64,000 nt of DNA, taken from NCBI GenBank assembly GCA_002269645.1, contig NIVC01000576.1, forward strand, positions 62,001 through 126,000. Reading direction: 5' to 3'. Source of the stretch: Macrostomum lignano. Lineage: Eukaryota. Position 1 is the first letter of the stretch. Each line of letters starts with the position of its first letter. The notes beneath the pieces are model-generated. The model made no database searches and was not told the DNA's origin. It worked only from the letters and a program-made list of their open reading frames with translations. This document shows, one piece after another, positions 1 through 11,085 of this stretch. A program made the translations under genes and the position numbers.

Positions 1-575
1 ACTCAGCCTGGGGCAGGCCCAATCTCGCTCAGCCAATGAGAGAGCAGTAAGGAGAGAGTTCAAAGTCAGACGGACGAAACTCAGCCTGGGGCAGGCCCAA
101 TCTCGCTCAGCCAATGAGAGAGCAGTAAGGAGAGAGTTCAAAGTCAGACGGACGAAACTCAGCCTGGGGCAGGCCCAATCTCGCTCAGCCAATGAGAGAG
201 CAGTAAGAAGAGAGGTAAATGTCAGACGGACGAAACTCAGCCTGGGCAGGCCCAATCTCGCTCAGCCAATGAGAGAGCAGTAAGGAGAGAGTTCAAAGTC
301 AGACGGACGAAACTCAGCCTGGGGCAGGCCCAATCTCGCTCAGCCAATGAGAGAGCAGTAAGGAGAGAGTTCAAAGTCAGACGGACGAAACTCAGCCTGG
401 GGCAGGCCCAATCTCGCTCAGCCAATGAGAGAGCAGTAAGGAGAGAGTTCAAAGTCAGACGGACGAAACTCAGCCTGGGGCAGGCCCAATCTCGCTCAGC
501 CAATGAGAGAGCAGTAAGGAGAGAGTTCAAAGTCAGACGGACGAAACTCAGCCTGGGGCAGTCCCAATCTACGAG
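1..575. repeat. 78-bp tandem repeat, about 7 copies, runs off the window edge; possibly coding on the minus strand (see findings)
   Basis: Unit actcagcctggggcaggcccaatctcgctcagccaatgagagagcagtaaggagagagttcaaagtcagacggacgaa recurs every 78 nt. One variant unit lies at about 200-245. Confidence 0.97.
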
Positions 576-849
576 CTATATAAATAAATAAAGGCATACA
601 GAAGGCTAATTTTTCTACTGAAAGAGTACATAAGCGCACAACTTTAATAAATAATCTCGATTTAGTCACCGCTCATTTCATGAAAACTATCAAGTGTATT
701 TATTGCTCAATTGACTGACAGGACAGCTGATGCTCAAATATAAATTCTGTTCTTGTTTGTTTTTAAAAAAAGTTTTAGCTTTGATGCTAATCATGAAAAA
801 TAAAATATTTTGTATTTTACTTGATATACAAAAAAATAAAAAGCAGGTG

Positions 850-3050
850 CCTACGCCTAATAGACAAGGCTACAGACGAGGTTACCCAGTTAAGGCTACC
901 CAATAAAATTTACCCAGCAAACACTGGACAAGGTACCCAATGGACAAATACCCAATGGCCAAGATTACCCAGTTAAGGCTACCCAATAAAATTTACCCAG
1001 CAAACACTCGACAAGGTACCCAATGGACAAATACCCAATGGACAAGATTACCCAATTAACAATGTCACCCAATGCCAATAGACAATATTATCCAATGGAC
1101 AAGGTACCCAATAGACAAGGATGGTCAAGATTACCGACAAGGTTACCCAATGGACAAGGATACCCAATGGACAACGTCACCCAATGGAAAAGATTACCCA
1201 ATGGACAATGTTACTCAATGGACAATGTCACCCAATAGACCAGGTACCCAATAGACAAGGTTACCCAATGGACAAGATTACCCAATGGACAAGATTACCC
1301 AATGGACAAGATTACCCAATGGACAAGATTACCCAATGGACAAGGATACCCAATGGACAAGATTACCCAATGGACAAGGATACCCAATGGACAATGTTAC
1401 CCAATGCACAATGATACCCAATGGACAAGATTACCCAATGGACAAGATTACCCAATTAACAATGTCACCCCATGCCAATAGACAATATTATCCAATGGAC
1501 AAGGTACCCAATGGACAAGGATACCCAATGGACAATGTCACCCAATGGAAAAGATTACCCATTGGACAATGTTACTCAATGGACAATGTTATCAATGGAC
1601 AATGTCACCCAATAGACCAGGTACCCAATAGACAAGGTTACCCAATTGACAAGATTACCCAATGGACAAGATTACCCAATGGACAAGGATACCCAATGGA
1701 CAAGGATACTCAATAGACAAGGATACCCAATGGACAAGGATACCCAATGGACAAGGATACCCAATGGACAAGGTTACCCAGTGGACAAGGTTACCCAATG
1801 GACAAGATTACCCAATGGACAAGATTACCCAATGGACAAGATTACCCAATGGACAATGATACCCAATGGACAAGGTTACCCAATGGACAATGATACCCAA
1901 TGGACAGGGTTACCCAATGGACAAGGTTACCCAATGGACAATGATACCCAATGGACAAGGATACCCAATGGACAATGTCACCCAATGGAAAAGATTACCC
2001 ATTGGACAATGTTACTCAATGGACAATGTTATCAATGGACAATGTCACCCAATAGACCAGGTACCCAATAGACAAGGTTACCCAATGGACAAGATTACCC
2101 AATGGACAAGATTACCCAATGGACAAGGATACCCAATGGACAAGATTACCCAATGGACAAGGATACCCAATGGACAATGTTACCCAATGCACAATGATAC
2201 CCAATGGACAAGATTACCCAATGGACAAGATTACCCAATTAACAATGTCACCCCATGCCAATAGACAATATTATCCAATGGACAAGGTACCCAATGGACA
2301 AGGATACCCAATGGACAATGTCACCCAATGGAAAAGATTACCCATTGGACAATGTTACTCAATGGACAATGTCACCCAATAGACCAGGTACCCAATAGAC
2401 AAGGTTACCCAATGGACAAGATTACCCAATGGACAAGATTACCCAATGGACAAGGATACCCAATGGACAATGATACCCAATGGACAGGGTTACCCAATGG
2501 ACAAGGTTACCCAATGGACAAGGTTACCCAATGGACAATGATACCCAATGGACAAGGATACCCAATGGACAAGATTACCCAATGGACAAGATTACCCAAT
2601 GGACAAGATTACCCAATGGACAATGTCACCCAATGGAAAAGATTACCCATTGGACAATGTTACTCAATGGACAATGTTATCAATGGACAATGTCACCCAA
2701 TAGACCAGGTACCCAATAGACAAGGTTACCCAATTGACAAGATTACCCAATGGACAAGATTACCCAATGGACAAGGATACCCAGTGGACAAGGTTACCCA
2801 ATGGACAAGATTACCCAATGGACAAGGTTACCCAATGGACAAGGATACCCAATGGACAAGGATACCCAATGGACAAGGTACCCAGTGGACAAGGTTACCC
2901 AATGGACAAGGTTACCCAATGGACAAGGATACCCAATGGACAAGGATACCCAATGGACAGGGATTCCCAATGGACAAGGATACCCAATGGACAAGGATAC
3001 CCAATGGACAGGGATGCCCAATGGACAAGGATACTCAATGGACAATGTTA
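850..3050. repeat. 17-bp minisatellite (cccaatggacaagatta / cccaatggacaaggata), about 2.2 kb
   Basis: Unit read directly. The 17-aa periodic ORFs in all three + frames (MDKITQWTRLPNGQDYP) are what a 17-nt period produces. Confidence 0.97.
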
Positions 3051-3140
3051 CGCGGCAGACAAGTGTCTGCTGATTGCTCGCAGGGCTCAATAAATCTACT
3101 TATTTAGCTGCCCACTCACAACTTGCTGCCAAAAGCCGGA

Positions 3141-5533
3141 ATGAGTCGCGCAACCCTGAATCCCGAACTGCTCTGGATCGGTGCAGAATATTGCTACAGG
3201 TTAAACCCGTTAGCCGACTCTTCCCCTAGCAACAATTTGTCCAGTGTAAATCAGCCTCGTCAGCATCAAAATCTCCGACCAGTTGGTCAGCTAGAATCCG
3301 AATCTATGCCAGATAGTTGCTATGGCGACGACGCGGCTGAAGCGGCCACCTGTAGAGTCGCCGCTGCCGCTGTAAAATGCGACGAAATTGAGGAGCAACT
3401 ATCCGGCTGTCAGATTGACAGCGACAATCGGACTGGCCGCTACCGGCTGCGACTGCCGATTCCGTCGGCGTTTCACAAATTTCTAATCGGTCGTCATGGC
3501 GACGCGAAACGACGCTTAGAAGCGGAAACTGGCGTAGAGTTGATAATTCCCGAATGGGAGATACCGAGTCTCCCGTGCTGGCTCTGGGCAGGACTAAAGC
3601 TCAGCTGGCTTCGGCTAAAACTCGAATCGAATTGTTGCTAGCCGACGCGAGAGACCGGCTGCCAATTACGCATTTCTTATCCATCAGTTTGGCCGCGGAG
3701 TCGGTGAGGCATCGGTACGAGCAGTTCCGCGACAGCGCCTTGAAATGGTGCGGCGGAGATCGCGGCATTAACGATGGAGTGTTCCAGGGTGCCGCTAGGC
3801 TGCACGTGACCTGCGCTCCGCTGCTCCTGCTTACCAGCCAGGAGGTGGCCAGGGCCAAGCGGCTGCTGGACGAGTTTGGTCGGGACAGACTGCCCGAGCT
3901 GATGCGAGTGGATAGGTGCGAGATCTTGTCATTTTTAGATAGATAAGCAATATGCCATTTTTAGATAGATTAGCAATATGCCTTTTTTAGATAGATTAGC
4001 AATATGCCATTTTTAGATAGATTAGCAGTATGCCATTTTTAGATAAATTAGCGATGCCATTTTCAGATAGATTAGCAATATGTCATTTTTAGATAGATTA
4101 GCAATATGCCATTTTTCGATAGATTAGCAATATGCCATTTTAAAAGAGTGAATTTAAGCTACATCATTGACACACCTCGCATTGAAACATCCAGCGGCCC
4201 TCTAACCGTGAGCCTGAGCGGCTTAGAAATCATGAACGACGACCCGAGCGACACTAAAGTGCTCTACGCTCAGCTGTGTGAGCCCACAGGCAGACTGCAA
4301 GCTATTGCTAATGCTCTGGCTGACCAATTCCAGTCATTGGCCAGGGCCCAGCCAGGCAGGGAGGGGGTGAAACTGCACGTCACTCTGATGAATGCCAGGT
4401 GATCATTCATGCTTTATCAAAGCCCTCTGTAGCCGGCGTCGCTTCTATATAGCTGGTGTGCCCTCTGTAGCTGGCGCCCCCTCTGTAGCTGGCGTCTCCT
4501 GTGTAGCTGGCGCCCCTCTGTAGCTGGCGTCTTCTGTGTAGCTGGCGCCTCCTCTGTAGCTGGCGCCCCTCTGTAGCTGGCGTCTTCTGTGTAGCTGGCG
4601 CCCCCTCTGTAGCTGGCGTCCCCTCTGTAGCTGGCGCCCCCTCTGTAGCTGGCGCCCCTCTGTAGCTGGCGCCCCTCTGTAGCTGGCGTCCCTCTGTAGC
4701 TGGCGCCCCCTCTGTAGCTGGCGCCCCTCTGTAGCTGGCGCCCCCTCTGTAGCTGGCGCCCCCTCTGTAGCTGGCGCCAATCTGTAGCTGGCGCCAATCT
4801 GTAGCTGGCGTCTCCTGTGTAGCTGGCGCCCCCTCTGTAGCTGGCGTCTTCTGTGTAGCTGGCGCCCCCTCTGTAGCTGGCGCCCCCTCTGTAGCTGGCA
4901 CCCCCTCTGTAGCTGGCGTCTTCTGTGTAGCTGGCGCCCCCTCTGTAGCTGGCGCCCCCTCTGTAGCTGGCGTCTCCTGTGTAGCTGGCGCCCCCTCTGT
5001 AGCTGGCGTCTTCTGTGTAGCTGGCGCCCCCTCTGTAGCTGGCGCCCCCTCTGTAGCTGGCGCCCCCTCTGTAGCTGGCACCCCCTCTGTAGCTGGCACC
5101 CCCTCTGTAGCTGGCGTCCCCTCTGTAGCTGGCGCCCCCTCTGTAGCTGGCGCCCCCTCTGTAGCTGGCGCCCCCTCTGTAGCTGGCGCCCCCTCTGTAG
5201 CTGGCGTCTTCTCTGTAGCTGGCGCCCCCTCTGCAAAGAATTATGGTACAAATAGTAGGACTTAAGTGCCTTGAAGAATCCAGTTAGGATGAGTAATCAC
5301 TGTCCGTTAGCAACTAAATCCCACCATCCCCGGACAGGTACGCCGCAGACTCATCGGACAATCGTCAGAATCGATCGCTAAGTTTCGATGCCGCTCATCT
5401 GCTTAGCAAATTTTCTAATTTTGATTTCGGCAGCTGTCAGCCAGACAGTATCCAATTGTCAAAGTCCTCCTCTGGCACTTCTAAGGACTCTTACTATGCT
5501 TGCGAGCACCGGATTCCTATTTTGCCTAGCTGA
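3141..5533 (+). CDS. ASCC1: Activating signal cointegrator 1 complex subunit 1 (KH domain + 2H phosphoesterase). Exons 3141-3915, 4195-4398, 5338-5533; about 391 aa if one C is restored at about 3551
   Basis: LNPELLWIG..YRLNPL N-terminus; KH loop FLIGRHGDAKRRLEAETG; PITHFLS; two HxT motifs (RLHVTC, KLHVTLMN); LEIMNDDP..VLYA; SFDAAHLLSKFSNFDFGS. All match ASCC1 as recalled. GT-AG junctions give consistent phases. There is a 1-bp frameshift in exon 1. Confidence 0.92.
3930..4142. repeat. 26-bp minisatellite (tagatagattagcaatatgccatttt), about 8 copies, in ASCC1 intron 1
   Basis: Unit read directly. Confidence 0.93.
4423..5234. repeat. 17-20-bp minisatellite (ctgtagctggcgccccct) filling ASCC1 intron 2
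   Basis: Unit read directly. It lies between the donor at 4399 and the acceptor at 5337. Confidence 0.95.
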
Positions 5534-5649
5534 CATTCTGACCGAGTAGCCCATGATTTGGCTGGCATTTGTGCTCCAGTCTTTTGTTTTGATCGATTTT
5601 TGCATACAGCTTGCGCACAATTCTCTATCCGTATTTATTTTTTAGAGTT

Positions 5650-6140
5650 ATCCTCAGTTGCTTAGGTCAGCCTCCCAGATCGTCAGCTGCTGAGCTAGTC
5701 TCTCAGATCGTCAGTTGCTGGGCCAGTCTCTCAGGTCCTCAGTTGCTGGGCCAGCCTCCCAGATCGTCAGTTGCTGGGCCAGTCTCTCAGATCCTCAGTT
5801 GCTGGGCCAGCCTCCCAGATCGTCAGTTGCTGGGCCAGTCTCTCAGATCCTCAGTTGCTGGGCCAGCCTCCCAAATCCTCAGTTGCTGGGCCAGCCTCCC
5901 AGATCCTCAGTTGCTGTGCCAGCCTCCCAAATCCTCAGTTGCTGGTCCAGCCTCCCAAATCTTCAGTTGCTGGTCCAGTCTCCCAAATCTTCAGTTGCGT
6001 GGTCCAGCCTCTCAAATCCTCAGTTGCTGGTCCAGCCTCCCAGATCCTCAGTTGCTGGGCCAGCCTCCCAGATCCTCAGTTGCTGGGCCAGCCTCCCAGA
6101 TCCTCAGTTGCTGGGCCAGCCTCCCAGATCCTCAGTTTTC
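5650..6140. repeat. 28-bp minisatellite (cctcagttgctgggccagcctcccagat)
   Basis: Unit read directly. The same family occurs inverted at 45812-46230. Confidence 0.95.
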
Positions 6141-6789
6141 AGTTCTAAATAAAGGCCAATCGAAGATTCTGTGCAAGCTTTGTGATTTCAATTTCTTTTT
6201 GCATCTAAAAATGGTGTTTGTGATGCTGAATCTATATTTACCAGACTAAAATATATCAAGAATTTTCTCCCTACTCATTGTTTTATCCATTGCTTTACTT
6301 AGTTAAGTGGAATTTATTTAGCCGTTTAAGCTGAAGCCAAGCTGTCGCAGGCTCTGCTCTCCAATCAATTAAAAACCAATCAAGTGGAGAATTCTGGCCA
6401 CAGAAATTCATATTTGACACTTAGTGCCCGTTTTTAATGGAATTTTCCACTTGACAGGCTTTTTGGCTCTGGTCGAGTGCAGCTCTGTGGCAGTGGCTGC
6501 TGCGAACGGGGATGCTCCACTTGATCCACCTGATGCTCCACTCAGCTCCACTGACAACAGCAATACTCATAATTGAAAAACTCAGCCCTCCTATTTATCA
6601 AACTACCAGTTGATGCGATTATACTAAAAGTGCAAAAATAACTAGTAGCTTTTTCGAGTTTTCCTTTATTTCGAGAATTGCTGAGATGTCAAAGCTCACG
6701 GGGTCGCTGAAATGCTGTGGCACATAGCGGGGGGAGGTGCTCAGATACCAAGGGTCAGTTGGGAGTTGTTGGTAGGCCAAGCATCAAAG

Positions 6790-7385
6790 GAAGAGTTGGG
6801 GTTAAGGCGTGGCTGATAGCTCGTATCTTGGGCCGCTCTGGTGTGCCAGCGGTCCCAGGCTCGATTCCCAGTGCAGTCACATTAATTTTGAGGCTAAATT
6901 GGAATCTCGGCTTGGCTCTGCTCGTGCAATTAACGGCCTTGAGTGCCAACCCCCAAGGCACAGTGAAGTGTACATGCCTAACGATAAATAAAGTTAGGGC
7001 CGCTGTACACTCCTGTGTGAGTGTGTGCCTGCGTACGTATCCGCGCGCTTGTGTGCCTGCTCAGGGGAGTCGGCGGAATGGGCAGTAACGCCTCTCGCCG
7101 GTTGTGTGACAATTTCACTAAAAGTGCGCCAGGGTGCACACAGCCCCTGCCTCTAAAAATGAAAATAGATATGGCAAATGACTCACAACTAGTTAAAACA
7201 AAAATGAGATCATACAATCACTAATGACTCATTTCTGTAGCTAAAGTATAATGAGCTCACAAAATCACTAATGACTCATTTCTGTAGTTAAAAGTGTAAT
7301 GAGCTCACAAAATCACTAATGACTCATTTATGTATCTAAAAGTGTAATGAGCTCATAAAATCACTAATGACTCGTTTCTGTAGCT
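6790..7385 (+). mobile_element. tRNA-derived SINE-like element, copy 1 (most complete), with a 48-bp tandem tail
   Basis: The head has a D-loop-like GGTTAAGGCG and a B-box-like GGCTCGATTCCC. The body (gcctaacgataaataaag...gggtgcac) recurs at 33819-34437 (+) and 44266-44541 (-). Confidence 0.75.
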
Positions 7386-7869
7386 TGTTTGCCTGCTCAA
7401 AGGAGTCTGAGGAATGTGCAGTAATGCCATTGGCAAAGCGATTTACTCGCACTAAATGACAAGGAAGGATCTTCAAAACTCTTTAGAGATTACGTGTTCC
7501 CTATCCAAACCTAGGTTAGGCTTCATTGTTTGATCGAAATTCAGATTTTTATTCACTCGTCAGCCTATAAGCTATAGGCTATAAGATTTCTGATAAGCGC
7601 TCCGACATTTTATACATTGCTGTTTTCTGACTAAGTCGACGTCTTCATTAGTTACATAGATTCGTTGCCTGAACGGCACTGGGACCCTGTGAGATGCTGT
7701 GGTTCATGGGGGGGGGGGGTTGCCGAGATGTCGAGACTCATGGGGGTTGCTGAAATGCTGTGGCTCATAGAGGGGGGGGGGTCGCTGAGGCTGGGTGGGG
7801 TCACGGAGTGCGAACTGCCTCAGTGCATGCGCATGCTACACCTACATGTAGTTTCTTCGAAAAATGTTG

Positions 7870-7901
7870 GCCTCCCCAACGGGGGGATGCAGATTGCTAG
7901 T
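7870..7901 (+). mobile_element. Helitron-like 3' terminus (GC hairpin followed by CTAG|T)
   Basis: cctccccaacggggggatgcagattgctag|t, similar to 22559-22589. The 5' end was not located. Confidence 0.45.
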
Positions 7902-8399
7902 CCACTATACTAAAATGGGTTGTTTCTATATACTCTTATCTACTCTATAAACTGCATTCATCTTTAGCAGGGATGCCTTTACGAGTAGTTCATATTTAAT
8001 CACTTTCTTGTCGTAAAAATAATGTCCCCTTGATATATTTCTAATTTCTGAGAAATAATTGCACCAACAGCTGTTACAATCTATTTATCTATTTTTTAGC
8101 CATTGTTAATAGCTCGTATACTGGCTCTACAGCCAACTGAATAGCTACGAAGAGCTAATTAACATTTTGACGCGTATATTTGCCAAGTTGTCAAGGTGAA
8201 TGGAGAATATTGTCACTCGTGTAGGCGTGCACTCGGTTTGCTTAGTCGGGTTAGGCGCCACTCAGAAATACGTAATTGGATAAAAAACGTTTAACCCTTG
8301 TGCAGCCATGCAGCATCTACAAGGAAATCAATATCTTTTTTATCCAAACGGTTGACAGACTTTTGTTGTATTTGTAGAGGGATATCATTCCAGAGTGGA

Positions 8400-9460
8400 G
8401 GGAATCTTTTAGGTATTATCTTCTGGGAATCTTTCTAAAAGGAGAGCTAGCATTCGTGGGGCATATTTTTGAGAGGTTATAGAATCCGTAGGGGAATCTT
8501 TCCAAAAAGATTACATTTAGAACCTGTGGGGAAATTTTTCCAAAAGGATCTAGAACCCGTGGGGAATCTTTCCGAAAGGATCTAGAACCCGTGGGGAATC
8601 TTTCCGAAATTATCTATAACCCGTGGGGAATCTTTCCGAAATTATCTATAACCCGTGGGGAATCTTTCCGAAAGTATCTATAACCCGTGGGGAATCTTTC
8701 CGAAATTATCTATAACCCGTGGGGAATCTTTCCGAAATTATCTATAACCCGTGGGGAATCTTTCCGAAAGTATCTATAACCCGTGGGGCAATCTTTCCGA
8801 AAGTATCTAGAACCCGTGGGGAATCTTTCCGAAATTATCTATAACCCGTGGGGAATCTTTCCGAAAGTATCTAGAACCCGTGGGGCAATCTTTCCGAAAG
8901 TATCTAGAACCCGTGGGCAATCTTTCCGAAAGTATCTATAACCCGTGGGGAATCTTTCCAAAAGGATCTAGAACCCGTGGGGCAATCTTTCCGAAATTAT
9001 CTATAACCCGTGGGGAATCTTTCCGAAAGTATCTATAACCCGTGGGGCAATCTTTCCGAAAGTATCTAGAACCCGTGGGGAATCTTTCCGAAATTATCTA
9101 TAACCCGTGGGGAATCTTTCCGAAAGTATCTATAACCCGTGGGGCAATCTTTCCGAAAGTATCTAGAACCCGTGGGCAATCTTTCCGAAAGTATCTATAA
9201 CCCGTGGGGAATCTTTCCGAAAGTATCTAGAACCCGTGGGGCAATCTTTCCGAAAGTATCTAGAACCCGTGGGCAATCTTTCCGAAAGTATCTATAACCC
9301 GTGGGGAATCTTTCCAAAAGGATCTAGAACCCGTGGGGAATCTTTCCGAAATTATCTATAACCCGTGGGGAATCTTTCCGAAATTATCTATAACCCGTGG
9401 GGAATCTTTCCGAAAGTATCTGGAACCAGTTGGACATCTTACCTGTAGGGGAATCTTTCC
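8400..9460. repeat. 32-bp minisatellite (cccgtggggaatctttccgaaagtatctataa), about 30 copies
   Basis: Unit read directly, with degenerate units at both edges. Confidence 0.96.
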
Positions 9461-9528
9461 AACTGGTAAAAGAAGTCTGGCGAATATTTCTTGATTCTCC
9501 TCGACACCGATGTTACTTGCAGCCTTGT

Positions 9529-10996
9529 TTAATTTCTGAGGAAAATAGAACTTTTACCAACTTCGAGACTTAAGTGGCTCGGCAGCAGAGCAAAGCTGAG
9601 CGAGTAGCACTGGCCAGTTTCTGTGAAGAAGATCGCAGCCCGACAACTCCTGGGGTTGCACTTCATCAGACAGCCAAACAGATCAGCTGAGGTCGAATTC
9701 CAATAGGCGATTCCTTTGTAAGAATTGGTCACAAGGACCACTAGAAGTTACCGTTGTATCAGGACGCAACACTTGTAAATATTGCAAAATTATTTGAAGG
9801 CCCGCTTGTTTGCATTGCAGCTAAACTTTAAATGCTCATAACTCCGGACTGGTTGCACCTAGAATGATAATTTTTTCGCCAGGTTGCTCAAAATTTTGTT
9901 CTCTTTCACATGATGCAAAGTTTGGCGCTATATCTACATGTAGGAGCGGCGGGCGTACAGTAAAGTAACGGCAATACGCAATATTTCATTGCAGTCAAAA
10001 TGAATATAAAGTTTGTTTTTTCAACCATAGCCTCCTAGTCTCGATAAAGTAGCAGACCATGCTTTATATCCTGCAGTTTTGAAGCTTTATAAAGCAGATA
10101 ATCTGTACAGAGTTGAGCAGGCTGCAAAGGCGTTATACACTTCACTATCAAAAACCAGTATTATCAAAATCAAGAAAGGCGTAGTATTTTTGAATTCTTG
10201 GCACACCAGCCCAACAAGGACTCCAACATTCATAATCTTTCTTTTGCTGTTCAAATGAACAGTAGGAGTCAAATAAAACTTGTACAGTATCACCAACTTT
10301 ATTTGTATTAAAGTTCACTTTCGATATAAAAACTTCTAATTTCATAAAAATGCATGCGAAATAAGAAAACTAAGCAAAAAACTAAAAGTAAGCCTATGTA
10401 TGTATTTTAAACTTGAACTTCCATATCAATCGAGTCATTCTGTCCAAAAAATCTCTTTTAAACCCCAAAAGACTAACGCAGAGTAAAAGCAAGTGGCACA
10501 AAAGACCGGCAGACGCGGCCCAGAAAGGGAAAACGAACCCCTTAAGCGACGAAATATATTGATTTTGTAATTTAAAAGAGAAAAAAAATATTTTGCCAAA
10601 ATTACGCCGACTCAGCGGCCGCGACGCGTGACTAAATAGCACAGAGCGGGGGGAGGCTGCCCTAAGCCCTGCACGCACGCAGAGCACCAGCACCCCACCA
10701 ACCCACCAAAGCGAGGCCGGGCCGGCGCGGGGGGGTTTAAAACCAGTTAGAGTCAGATACCTGCCTCAAACTGACGTAGAAATCACAAAGCATAATGAAT
10801 CATAAGTACCGTACTTCACCATGGTAGCTCATCAGACATTGATGGATGAACATCTAGATTGGATGAATTGGCACACCTGGAATGAAACCAATGTGAGATC
10901 AATAAATATCTGCTTTGCAATGAACGACAAAATATTTGTTTCTAGTTAATTCTCTCTCTATTGCACTGATAAAAAACTAGATTAGGTTAGGTAGAG

Positions 10997-11085
<89 letters not shown>

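Noticed and set aside
3050-3085. Hairpin gcagac-aagt-gtctgc followed by gattgctcg after the 17-bp array, as another Helitron end
   Set aside because: It ends in CTCG rather than CTRR and is not followed by T, so it is too weak.
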